From the NCBI GenBank assembly GCA_030141605.1, contig JAQGDQ010000091.1, positions 310,001-374,000 on the forward strand: a DNA stretch of 64,000 bases. Direction: 5' to 3'. Source of the stretch: Tubiluchus corallicola. Lineage: Eukaryota > Animalia > Priapulida. A program made the position numbers and the translations under genes. Below the pieces are notes generated by a model that saw only the letters and a list, made by a program, of their open reading frames with translations, did not search any database and was not told where the DNA came from. The first letter of the stretch is position 1. Every line of letters begins with the position of its first letter. Of this stretch, positions 48,984 through 61,425 are shown one piece after another.

Positions 48984-50073
48984 CAATGTTGTTTATAAAC
49001 ATTTTTGTGCCTAATGGTTATATTTGCAAAATTTGGGAAATGGGATAGCAAATGTTTGCGCTCCAAAAAATTGGTCATTAGAAATGAAATGTAGCCCCAA
49101 AGATCAGCTTTACAAAAAATGTAAATTGGAAAGTGGAAGATTCATTGCTCTGAAATAACAGCTGTATAATCGCAATGTTAAACAAAGTAACTAAATAGTG
49201 ACAATATTAAAACAGTTTAGGGTAACTTCCTTGCTCTTCAATAAAAACTTATAGAACTCTTAGAAGAAAACTTTATAAATTGAATTGAATTGAAGCACAA
49301 AACTCTATAGGGCACACAGATATTTTCTGCAAATTATCATTTTGCCTTGGAGGACTACCTACGAAGATGTAGTGGGTAGAAGTTAGTCTTAAGAATTAAT
49401 TATGTTTTCACAGAAATCTAGGCAGTGGGGTGGAAAAATTAATCTCAAAAAACGTTTTAACCTCGGCTTTTACAGTGCCACCATCCTTACTAACTTGGTA
49501 GACCATAATTCTCTTCACTTCACTTATAAATTCGTCACTAGATGGCGAAACGTCATTAAAAACAGCCAGCCGCAGCACTATAATTATTAGATCAACCAAA
49601 TGTTTAGATTTTGCTTCAGGACTATTTTCTAAAAAGTATTAGTGGCTAATTAATTATCAAACGCATTATCATGATACGTTTATGGTTTTAATATAAAATA
49701 AAATATTATAATTCGAAATAAAATATTATAGTGGTTTTGGTGAGAAGAAATGCTAATTTATTGCTTGGAACCAAACTGCGATTTTCTTGAATTCGTTGTT
49801 ACACAAATTTGTGTCGAATACTATACTATTATTTTGCTATATTGCTAGAAATACATGATATAATTTGCACTTGCAAATTAAGAAAAGTGCCAATAGTGGT
49901 GACAAGGTGGAACCCTAAGGAACTTGACGCAGCATGATATTTTACATGATATATTAATTAGTGGTAAACAGTTTTTTTACTACTTTGGAAACAACTTGAG
50001 CCCAACTACGACATGAACTATGGTTATTAATATCTGCCCTTTTAACTACAAACCAAGGTATAATGATTGTTAA

Positions 50074-52703
50074 GAACGCGTCCGCGAGAAAACCATGCAA
50101 AATCGAAAAATTCCGGCACAAGGTTAGGTAAACCGATTCAGACCAAAGTTCGAGTAAGAGGTCTACTAGTCACTAGTATTCACTATGTGAATCCGCTTGG
50201 CCCAACTCCTCATAGTAGCAGAGTTACGGCATAGACCGATTTTCATGAAAAAATGCCTATTCTCTATTTTTTACTCATATTTGAAGGATTAGTCATGCAG
50301 CAACTACTGAGTTTGAATAGCTCTGACTCTGCACAGTATTGGATCTTGTTATCTTCTCCAAAATGACTTTTCGACTTTTGTCCCAAACCCCCCTCTTTCG
50401 GTTCGGGGGTCTTTAAGCTCGCATTACGCACAAGATGCAAATACTCAGTCATTTCAAAGTCTTATATCTCACCCACTGCGGGGGCGGGGACAAAAATATC
50501 GATATGTATGTGAATAGAGCATCCCATCCCACTATGCTGTAGTGACAATTTCGATGGAGCGAATTTCCACCCTATTGTAAAAGACCCCTGAAAGAGGCAT
50601 ATATCAGGGTGAAAATATAGGTTCATTGTTTAAACTACCGACAGGATTGGACTCCATCATTCAAGATGGCGGCCACTGCTGAACTAAAATGTTCGTTTTC
50701 TGGGCTGTTTAGCAGCGTTAAATGCGGCATTCTGACTAGTTATCCGTACGAAATGAATATTGTGAATCTATTAGCCTGTACTAAAGACACTGGACCGCAT
50801 TTAGAGCGCTTGCATCTTCAAAAAAATGAAATATCTACGGAATGGAAATTGCTTCTTGCAAGGACTGGAAAATGTTTTATGTACTGTTCATTTTCTATGC
50901 TTTGTAAATGTTATGTACAGGTTATTACCTAGTTATTACTCATTGTCTTACATAGGCGTACAAGCCAGGACACAAAGAAAATTGCCCTAAATCTGAGCGA
51001 ATGCCCAAAAAATATGGGACAGACTTGATATCATTTGTCCGGTGATTTTTTGACTGTAAAACATCGAAAATATTTGTGCCATTGGCGCAGTCATTCAATC
51101 ACACTATTAATATTTTTTGTCAGAAGTATCGATTTTGTGCCACAAATACATTTTAGGCGAAGAAAAATTTTCTGAGCTAAATATCACCGCCATCCCCCTA
51201 GAAGCGGCCCATACGCTCATATTGTCTCATGTTTAGACTATAAAATTTTCATTTTATCACTTTCCCCATGACATATTTGTCTATATTTCTGTATCTATCT
51301 TCTAGTGATAATCTACCTGCATCGATAATTCTTTCTCTATTATTTAGATATTATGGTTTTGATTACTTGTACTACTCTTCAGTGATAGGATTATGCTGCT
51401 ACAATGGAAACAGTATTTTGGACTTAGAGAAATTAATTCTGCCTGAGTTTTGTAGTTTTTTCATTTTTTTGTACTGTAATTCATAATCTTCTATGTATAG
51501 CCATGAAGCTTATTCATATAAAAGTATAAAAAATGAACGGATGTATAAAAATGAACGGATTTCTAATTCATATGTATATACCAAGTGTTGTCAGATTCTT
51601 TCGCTAGCAATGACTCTCAATCTTAACAATCGGTACTTCTTTCTATTAGAGGGCTTATTGTTTAGTCTTTCCTGGTATCCATTAGCGATTCAGTGTGTAG
51701 AGAATGCCCTGAATCAGGGTCGGACTCGGTACTAGGGGCATGCATGATGTCCTGTCCTGAAATCCATCAGAAGAGGCAATTATTCATATTTGTAGTCATA
51801 TAAAAATTCCGACATAACTAAACCAATTTAAGATGAAATTCGCAAATTTCTAGCAATTTCCATGGCAAAGGAATCTATTGCTACTAGGAAATGAGAGCAC
51901 TAGTCACAGAAAATGCAGGTTAAACGTGGCTAAATGTCTACTGTCATATACGACCTGAGCCAAGTATGTCTACTTTTTACACATGGACGGAATTACTATG
52001 GAAAGTAAAAGAAGTGTGTTGATATGGCAATTTTTTCTAACAGTGCCCCTTTTATATAATGTCATTCATGATATTATCTCAGCTCGTGCGTTTTCATTAA
52101 ATTTAGAATACAGATCTGTCACTTATAATCCAGCATATAGATATTGAAAAACTACAAAAAAGGCGAATTTTGCTGATTTTTGTGAAATTTTAAAGTGCCT
52201 GTACTAAATACTGAAATAGGCTTCAGCGAATTTTCTTTTTTATATTATTAGTGAGGATGATGGTTAACACATACATGAAAACAAGAAGTTCTGTAGTCCC
52301 GCAGTGGGCGAGTTATGAGCCTTACAACTTAACCTCTCCCTGGACTCTTAACAAAGAGCCGAATTTGAAAAATCCCGTTCTCTGATACTATTAATAGTAT
52401 GTCAGAAAAAGTTAGGATATCAGAAGACAATGTGTGGGTCTATGTACCAGCCAACTTACATCGACCCATCTATAACAGTTTCCACAGGAGAAAAAGTTAA
52501 AATAACACCCCAAAATAGCGATTTTTTGCCTCTTTTGAGGTCAATTTCTTGATGTGGTCATTTCTCTGCTAATAGTAGCTCGATCGATCTGATATCTTGG
52601 TTACATGGTTTTGGGGGGTCGCCCTTCATGTTAGAAAAAATGATACAAATTCGTCACCCCCCCCCCGTGCCACCCTCTGCATGGTGCTCTCGCGGACTCG
52701 TTC
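50074..52703. mobile_element. Non-autonomous DNA transposon, 2630 bp, 26-bp TIRs, TTAA target duplication (Kolobok-like)
   Basis: TTAA|GAACGCGTCCGCGAGAAAACCATGCA (50074-50099) and TGCATGGTGCTCTCGCGGACTCGTTC|TTAA (52678-52703) are 23/26 inverted-identical. GA...TC (RR...YY) ends with TTAA fit Kolobok rather than piggyBac (CC...GG). No transposase ORF inside. Confidence 0.8.
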
Positions 52704-52989
52704 TTAAGCTGTCAAGCCACGATTCTCGTTATCAATAAAGCCCATTACTCCGTTATAACCGGTTCGTTAAATTACTACACACATCGCAGTAATACATAAT
52801 ACAGTATTATTATGATACGACTCGCAATTAGCGTTATAATGTCGAAAAAAATTTGAGCCATATAGCTGTAGGTGTCTGGATTATAAGGGAAACAAGCATA
52901 TCCATATGACATATGACTGCATTTCCATTGTCTAGCTTACTGGAAAACTAGAAGGTGCACAGCTTTGCAATAGTTACTCTATCCGGAAG

Positions 52990-53200
52990 TACTTACATGG
53001 AAGACGAGTTATGAAGATGTAGCAGGGATCCAGATTACGTCCACTCCGCTAAGAGTCTTAATCCAAGATGATTCTTCTGAGCCATATTGCCGCCTCAATT
53101 TCTCGTCTGAGGATCTGAAGCTCGTGGTTATAACGGAAGCCAAGTCAGATTACCAACGTCTTAACAGAAGCGTTAATCTGCCTGTCTCCTTTAGCGCCTG
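52990..53200 (-). mobile_element. Decayed RTE-like LINE 3' fragment
   Basis: Frameshifted minus-strand pieces ASVK...LTW and QK--SWIKTL-EWT-LD resemble RTE TVKRRKL-WFGH...RQ-K-WMDNIKEWT-L. Confidence 0.4.
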
Positions 53201-53439
53201 CGTGTCCCGACAAAACTGATTAAAGGAGTAGAAAATTTCCAAACTATTTCCCTTTTTAAGGTTACGAACCAAGGCGTTGATACTTGATTTCAATTAAGAC
53301 CAAACGGTCCAGGAGAATTTTCTCAGTAAAGCTGATGCTACGAAAGAAGTTTTTGTATCAGTACTAAACACTTAGATTTAGCGTCAGTATTAAATACTTA
53401 GCGTGGGCGCTGAAGCAGCAGATGCTAAACTAATTGACC

Positions 53440-53605
53440 GACGAACAACAAAATGAGCGACTAATCAACAGAAGATTAACGACGACCGACCAACCAATCC
53501 ACTAAAGAACAAACGAACCTACAAACCACTCAACAAACAATCAATCAAACAACCAAACAAATAAACAAATAAGCAAGCAAGAAAACAAACAAAAAACAAC
53601 CAACA
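53440..53605. repeat. Degenerate (AAAC/CCAA/AATC)n tetranucleotide tract
   Basis: Directly visible 4-nt periodicity. Confidence 0.8.
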
Positions 53606-53827
53606 CATCAACAACAAAGTAAGATATCAACACCATGTATTACCTTCTAGAAAAAAGTGATTGATAGCTAGCGCAAATAAATGTACCTGCTGTGTTTTTC
53701 CTACAAGTAATTAGGAGTTGCAAATATTTTGGCTTCCCTTCCGTATTTGCATAATAAGTTGTACTTTGGTGCACAGTCCGTGATTTAGCCACTCAATTCA
53801 AACAACAGGGTGATGCCATAAAAAGGC

Positions 53828-53950
53828 TGATGATGATGACGATGATGAGGAAGGGGAGGGGAGGAGGAGGAGGAGGAGGAGGATAACAACGTTGACGGCA
53901 ACAGCAGCGATGACAATTACCATAGTGATGGCAAGCCGTGACAATAACAT
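53828..53950. repeat. Degenerate (GAT)n/(GGA)n/(AAC)n trinucleotide tract
   Basis: Directly visible. Confidence 0.85.
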
Positions 53951-54560
53951 TGACAAAATAGTAATATTCACAGTACAAACTTATCTCTATGCGGCCTATG
54001 GGCCATGTTGCACCACGTCTATGGGATAATTAAAAGAGCGTTAAATTTTGTGATCCTAAATTTCACGCGCGCAGCCATTTTAGAATTGTCAGTTTCATTT
54101 TTCATAGTAGCTGTATGGAGCTTATTAAAAGTATATCGTTTGCTGTGTTATATGACTCCCTTTACTCCACTGGTTATGGTTTTTACTATCCCCAGTAGAC
54201 TGATTAGCTGTCCATTGCAAAATAGTTTCTACTCGTATTTCATCTTCAAATCCTTCTCAGGGAAACAAACTGGTGGTAATGATGGTCTAGTCACTAGTAA
54301 GGGATTAGCGGATTAAGGGAGCTTGCGGTGGATTTGGCGCAATTTGTGTCTAGTTGTTATCTAGAATTATTGAATAATTAAGAAACATCACTGCCATGAG
54401 TATTAATTTGTATTATTATGTGAATCAAATATCAATCACAACATGTCGATATTTAGAAAATTGCAAGCGGTTGAACTTCATGCAATCATTGCATTTTTTT
54501 CAGCAAAAATTACAGCCCTACTACCTGCAAGACTCCATAGTCCATTTATAAATAAATCAC

Positions 54561-54820
<260 letters not shown>

Positions 54821-54949
54821 GTAGTCATCTGAACAACCAACTAAAAAGATGTTGAGTTACATTTTCTATATCGTGATAGTCTACTTTATAGATATTCTAC
54901 CTATATGACAATATAACACAATTTACAAAAATTATTGTAATAGCGGTGA

Positions 54950-55066
54950 CAAACAAGAACAACAACAACAACCGCTACCACCATCGCCACTGCAGCAGCA
55001 GCAGCACCAACGACAATAACAGCAACACCAGCAACAGCAACAACAATAACAAAAATAACAGCGACG

Positions 55067-55096
<30 letters not shown>
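54950..55096. repeat. Imperfect (AAC/AGC)n microsatellite
   Basis: Directly visible. Confidence 0.95.
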
Positions 55097-55097
<1 letters not shown>

Positions 55098-56919
55098 AAT
55101 TACTTTGTTGGTCGAATCGGAATCAGTTTTTTTGGTCATTTTGAACGACACCACAAACGATTTTTGATTAAACTTAGTTTAATTTTCTTATCCCATTTCT
55201 CAACACGCGAATAGCCCCCATTTTATTAAACATACTATTGTCTGTTAACTTGTGTTTTTAGTGTGTGTTTGTTTTATGCTTTTTGTGAATTTTTTGGCAT
55301 TATCATTTCAGCTTTCAACACAAAGTGCTTCATCTTTTGACACACATTAATTCTTAATTATAAGAATAGTGACAATGAGTAAAAAGTCCCACAATTAAAT
55401 TTTAGTTTCTGTCGCATGCTCTGTTCAGTGACTGTGGCAAGTGATTTTATACTTCTGTGTAGCTCCGCTTTAGTTCCCTTTCCATGAGCTTGTGTCCTTT
55501 TTAGTGTGTTATCCTTTTTAGGTGTTAATAGTGTAAACAAGAAACTCCCAAAAATCAGTTCAGTAGTGCTTGTAATTTTTTCTCTTTTTCGTCCTTTTTT
55601 GTTCACCCGAAAAAGAATTACTGGTAGTTCAAAACTTGTGCCCTTTCTTTCTTTTTACATTTTTACCGTGTGATTTTTTTATTTGTTGCTTTGTGTTGTA
55701 GTAAGTGAATTTTGAATTGTTTTCATATTGTACATGTATGTAGCAGCTAATGCTGAACTATATGCAAGGTAGTGTTTTTTATTGTAATGTATTGAAATTG
55801 TTTATTTATTAGTTTCATGTTTTATGATCACACCCTATAATTAAGAAGTAAGCATTTCATCTCAAAAGTAAAATCAGATAGAAGCACGAGGTATTTAATA
55901 CCGCTTGCTGCTGATTATAGAAGCCTATAAATACGTAATATAACATTGACATGGATATAGCAATGTTCACTTGTTTCGTAAAGTAGTTGAACACGTCATA
56001 TTGAAAAAAAAACCCAGTAAACTGTGAAGATGATTCTAAAAGCTCCTAGTTAGCTAAAACAAGCACAGACCGAGCTTTTTCACTTAAACAACTCATGTTT
56101 TTCCTGTTTACACAAAACCCCATCTTGTACAAAAAAGGCGTAATTTAATATAAGTGACTTAGTCTCACGTAAACGAACTTGTATCGAGATTGTGAGCAAC
56201 ACATCAACAAATAAAGCTCAGATTGTGTTCCCCTGCACAAACAACATCAGCTTCTTCCAAAACAAGCAAGTATTGAAATACACGCAAGAAGTCTCCTGGG
56301 AAACTTGTCCCTGGTTTATTATGAGATGGAATTCAGTAAGATTTGTGTAACGTGAAAAAGCCAAAATGCCATTTATTATGTATTAGGCATGGGTAAAATT
56401 AAGTTAGAGTATAATTATTGGCGCATTACTTCAGAAGACACTATAAAAGGGGTATATTTTCGTCTTATAGTAAGTTGGTCTATCAGTCAATCGGTCAGTT
56501 ATTTAATCAGCAAGTAAATTAGTCAGCCAACCAATCAGCCAGACAGCAGCCAGTTAGTTAACGATACAGACCGTATGTTAATTAACTCGTTACTGAGACA
56601 GGAATGAGTTTAAAAACACACTTTAAGAGCTAAAAATAAAAACAGAAATTGTAAAATAAAGAATATCACAATTGTTTTATTTTAATAAAATAAAGTTATT
56701 GGAATTAATTATACAACTGTTTTATGTAATATCTTTGGTGTTGGAGTAAGTTTTAATGAAAATATGGTAAATTTTATTTGCACTCTGCAAATTCGTTATT
56801 ACACTAGTATGGCATTTATAATAAAAATTAATAATGCTAATATTTGTTACAAACAATACTAACGAAATGTTATAAAAATACCTAACAAAGCTTCAAATTT
56901 GGAACAAATAGAATATAAA

Positions 56920-57490
56920 CTGCCTGCATCGATGAGTTTATTGCACATTCAGCTAGAATTATCATACTAGGATGAATTATTGCTTCACTTTTGAGTCAAC
57001 GTACACATCGTACAGTAATCTTAATGAACTGATTTCTGTGATTACAAAAAAGAATAAACAGTATTTACATTTTAGCACCGCACTATAACGAAACAATATT
57101 TACACTATAGTAGCACCACCAAGAAAACACAGTCAAGTGGCTACTGTCTTATTTACACCTGCATTCATAAGGCAATTAGCAACAATAACATATAACAATT
57201 AAAGATACAAGCTTCGTGTACTTCGAATGGTATAGGTGTAAATGATTTTTATCAATATTTATTTTAAATCTTAAATAAATTATAAAGCAAAGTGGTAAAA
57301 AGTGCCTATACGGATTTCAATCCTCAGTACTCAGGCATTATATAGTCAGAAGAATCGTATGCAAAGTTTACTGCATAATAATCATTTCTCATTCTTCCTT
57401 GTTGTTCACATAACGTGCGTTTTCGTTTTGTCTTCGGTAAAAAAGTTGACAAGGATTTGTTCTATTACTTCATCGGTATATGGTGGAAAC
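56920..57490 (-). other. twist: Probable twist terminal 3'UTR exon
   Basis: Strong minus-strand acceptor tttaatattttttatttcag|GTTTCC at 57491/57490. Downstream are two TGTAAATA elements and AATAAA at 57263-57258 and 56942-56937, with further signals near 56775 and 56680, so the 3' end is uncertain. Confidence 0.55.
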
Positions 57491-59988
57491 CTGAAATAAA
57501 AAATATTAAACTATAAAGTTATTCTTTCCTTTACTTAATCAGAAACAGTGCATTGGAAAACCAAAACCAAAACACTCTACCACTGTTATCTGCATGTATC
57601 TTGCAAAATAACATAATATCATTCTGTTTGCAAAGCTGAGCATACAGTTATGTAGCCAGAGCCGCACACAAGCAATTCCAGAAGCGTCCATGCTCACAGC
57701 ATGCGTCCAAAAACTTTATCTAAGATTTTTCTCATCTTACATGAAGCACTTGACAACACTGGAAACCCTATCTCCCATTTATGCTTTTAACCACTTTGCT
57801 CTGGCCTTGTTGACAGTTTTCAATGGCTCAAGTCTGATGCAAAAACGCGATTCAAGAATACATGCACGAATTTTGAATCAAGAATACATTTCTGTCTACA
57901 AAATTAGTGGAAACTAAACAATCTATTATAAATCTGTTTAAGCCATTCTTACATTGAGAAATCAGAATGTGATCAGTTAGTTAGCGCTAAAGAAACCGTT
58001 AAAAGACAACCCATTGTTTGTTCTTAGTAAAAACGGTTACAAAGTAATTGTAGTTGTATTATTATTTAAGTCAATAAAAAAAGCTACAATCACTGTTTTG
58101 TTATCTGGCACGTTTGTGAATTTTTAAGGTACCACTGTTTTTTAAGATATACGTACGCAGTTTTTCAGTATTTAAATATAACACTTAATATTGTGTTAAA
58201 TATCATTAAAGCATTGAAAAATTACAAAAACTGTAGACCATAAATTATTAGCTTCGCAGAACTGAGGAAAATGAAAAACTGCGTGCCTCTACTTAAATAT
58301 GTATCATTTGTTCAGATTAGTATTACAACAATAAAAAATCTGACTGCTAATGAACTACAACGAATACCTATTATCTAGTGACTGCGAAATAGAATTTTTA
58401 TGAATAATTTTCACAACTACTGACCGTTTCGGCCAGGGTCCAGCAGCAGGCTCTATTCATTTCACAAGTAGCTGAGACGATATAACATTACAATATTCTC
58501 TGTGGGAAATGCGATATGAGCTGTGTGGAGATTCCTCGATTTTGTTTTGATGAGGAAAGTGAGAAAGAGCAACAAAACGCCAGAGAGCCGCTTTGACAAC
58601 TTAATATATAGAACTCTAGAGAGCTGAGAAGGGTCTCTTCTGGGTACACTGTTTGTGTTATCTCTGGCGTTCTGTTTCTATGTCTGATATGACCCCAGCG
58701 TAAGGAGGCATTTGTCTAAAGCCTCAATTTGTCTTATAGGAATTTTCGCAAAACGCACATTTATACTAACGTGTAACGTTAGATTTGTGTGAGACTCTCT
58801 GGCGTCGCAGGTGTCAGTGGAGACATGTAAAAGAGGAGGGCGTAATTTGTTGTTCCCAGGCGCATGCTAGGTTAATTTGTTTTTGGTCAGTTTTGGTAAA
58901 AAGACAGTGTTTACAATCACAAGTTATTGGAGCTAGAAATGTTTAAGCTTTCAGCAGCTGCTTTACAGCCCATAAATTTTAGAAAAGTATACAGAGTCCA
59001 GACATATACGTATAGTATCCCTGGGCTTTCATTTCGCACGATTAAGAGCAAATTTAGTTTTCATTTACGTTTTTAGTTTTGTTACGTACGAAAAAATGAA
59101 AAAGTCTCATTATTGATTTGGTTCGGCTATATGTTTTAGCTGTTAGCTGATTTACAGGCATATGTCATTAGTTTTGAAATCTTATGCGATTTAAATTCCA
59201 CGCGCTTAATTTATCGAATTACTTATAGCAATACAATGATGTTAAACTTTATACGTTGGTTGGTCATTAGGCTGTAATATAGAAATAAAACCTTGCACTC
59301 CTGCCACCAATATACTGTTAACCCAATATTTTTTAAAAACAAACTAAACTGTCGTGGAAATTTGGTGCTAATATTGCTTTATAATTGTCTGTTACTGTTG
59401 TTATCTTCGGTTAACAATCCGCCCCTTTATACTGATTAAAGATTAGAAGAGTTCGTAATGTCATTAAGGTAGTACGCAGTGGCACTACGACGATTTTTGC
59501 AAACGACGCCCATCATCAACCCATTTACGCCACCAAGTCTGATTCAAAATTTTGACATTTTCATACTTTACTAAAAACTTCTCGCATGCTAATTGTGATC
59601 TAAATTTCCATTAGTTAATGCAATTAATTATTTAGGAGCACTTATTAGTAATAATAATTATTTGGTGTACACGCTTAATTTTGCAAATTTAATAATCGCT
59701 AGATAAAAAACTTTGCGCATAAGTAATGGAAATTCTGTAAAGAGATTTCTATATAGCAAGTAATTATTTCAGTTTCTATTTTATAAATTGGCATACTAAA
59801 AATTATGGCCATACATTACATCTTCTATATTTATACAGTAATTAAACTCGTTTCTAGTTGCTAGAGACGCAGTAACATTAATTAAGCAAGCCTTAGTTCT
59901 TTCGGATTTGCTAAAATACATTAATGATATTTAAGCTGTAAGCACGCAAAAAACGAGATAATGAATAGCATAACTTGCTGCTACTTAC

Positions 59989-60521
59989 ATTTGACAAAAA
60001 CATAAAGGTTCCTGGAATTCAGTGTGGCTGTTGCCAAGCTCCCTCCATTCTCCATACAGAAAAGGCATAACTGAGTCTCTCGTGTGCCACGTAACTGCAA
60101 CTACTGGCCATCTTCTGGTCAATCTCCTCACTTCTCAGCACCTGATACAGAAAGTCGATGTATCTGGCGGCTAGTTTTAAAGTTTGGATTTTGCTTAGTT
60201 TATCTGACGGCAATGTCGGTATGATCTTACGTAGCGATGTGAATGCTTCGTTCAATGACTGTGTCCGTTGTCGTTCTCGAACGTTAGCCAACACCCGTTG
60301 ATTCTGGAGTTCTTCGTACGTTTGAGGCGCAGCTCTGGTTTTGCGATTTTTTCCTTCGTCTCCACTGCTGCCATCCTGCTTGTACTTTCTCTTCCTCGAC
60401 AGCCTTTTCTCGTGGTCTAGGTCCAAAGTGGTGGTTCCCATATTGGAATCATCCATGAGATTGTTGTGCATCATGTGAAGTGGGTTCAATTCTCGCATGG
60501 CAAACATTGCAATGTGCGACC
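59989..60521 (-). other. twist: twist coding exon boundaries (acceptor 14 nt before the ATG, donor 30 nt after the stop)
   Basis: Minus strand reads ttcttaattttctacatcag|GGTCGCACATTGCAATG and TGAattccagg...gtcaaat|gtaagtag. Confidence 0.7.
60019..60507 (-). CDS. twist: Twist bHLH transcription factor, 162 aa, single coding exon
   Basis: b[55 protein letters not shown], diagnostic C-terminal WR motif [16 protein letters not shown] and an RKRK NLS-like motif. Confidence 0.98.
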   Translation of the reverse strand: MFAMRELNPLHMMHNNLMDDSNMGTTTLDLDHEKRLSRKRKYKQDGSSGDEGKNRKTRAAPQTYEELQNQRVLANVRERQRTQSLNEAFTSLRKIIPTLPSDKLSKIQTLKLAARYIDFLYQVLRSEEIDQKMASSCSYVAHERLSYAFSVWRMEGAWQQPH

Positions 60522-61200
60522 CTGATGTAGAAAATTAAGAACATTTGCGTCAACCGGTAGATAGTTGGAAAGTTTCTGGACGCGCTGCGTTACGCCTGCT
60601 TTAGTACAGTTTAGGAAATCGGAGGCGGAGCATGCGCTGTTGCTGTTACTAAACTCGCATTCGTCATCAGCTTAGCCACGCCCATAGCGTAGGTACATAA
60701 ACTCTTACGCGCAGCATCTCAGTAACTGCCTTTTGAAAATGATAATTTCATTAAAAGATACCACTGCTTGCAGATTGATGGAATTAAGCCATTATATATA
60801 AATTTTACATTCTGATTTCATACTAAACATTTAATTGTAATGATTTCATCACACTTTGATATTCAGCGCTTAACAAAAGGAGCGCTTAACAATAATTTTT
60901 AAAGTTAATGATTGCTAGAATCCGACTCTCTTGCTTCGCACAAAACTAAGCCAACTTAATTTCAAATGTACTTGTAAGTGTAAGTATGTCTGTGGACGAA
61001 TGAGATTGGTTTACCACTTTGCTGCTACTGTGCTTTTAGTGATATTTTGTAATTATTGTGTTTATTCTTGTGAAGTTGTCTGTGTTGAGAATTTTATGTT
61101 TGATCACTGGTATTTTTTTGTTTTGTATTGTGCTTAATTAGTGACAGTGTTATCATCACAAAATGCAAAATCAGTGTGGAGTGAATGCTTTGAAAGTTTT

Positions 61201-61425
61201 TCAGCATTTTGTGTAGCCGCCTTTGCTTTCGATGTCTGCTTGTATACGTCTCAGCCTGCTGTTGATCAGGTAGTGACAGCAGTTTGCGATGATTTCCTTC
61301 ACCCAAAGATCTTTTAGTGACTTCTCTTAACGCTTCTGCTTTTGATGACTGCTTTACTGCAACCTTTTCTCCAATTTCCAACAAATTTTTCGTAGGCTTA
61401 AGATCCGAACTATTTCCATCTAAAA
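61201..61425 (-). mobile_element. Tc1/mariner transposase C-terminal relic
   Basis: Minus strand translates as GNSSDLKPTKNLLEI...KVAVKQSSKAEALREV/WVKEI...YLINSRLRRIQADIESKGGYTKC*, a decayed form of Tc1 WPGNSPDLNPIENLW...SMPRRIQAVI-AKGG-TKY*. One frameshift; TIRs not located. Confidence 0.75.
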
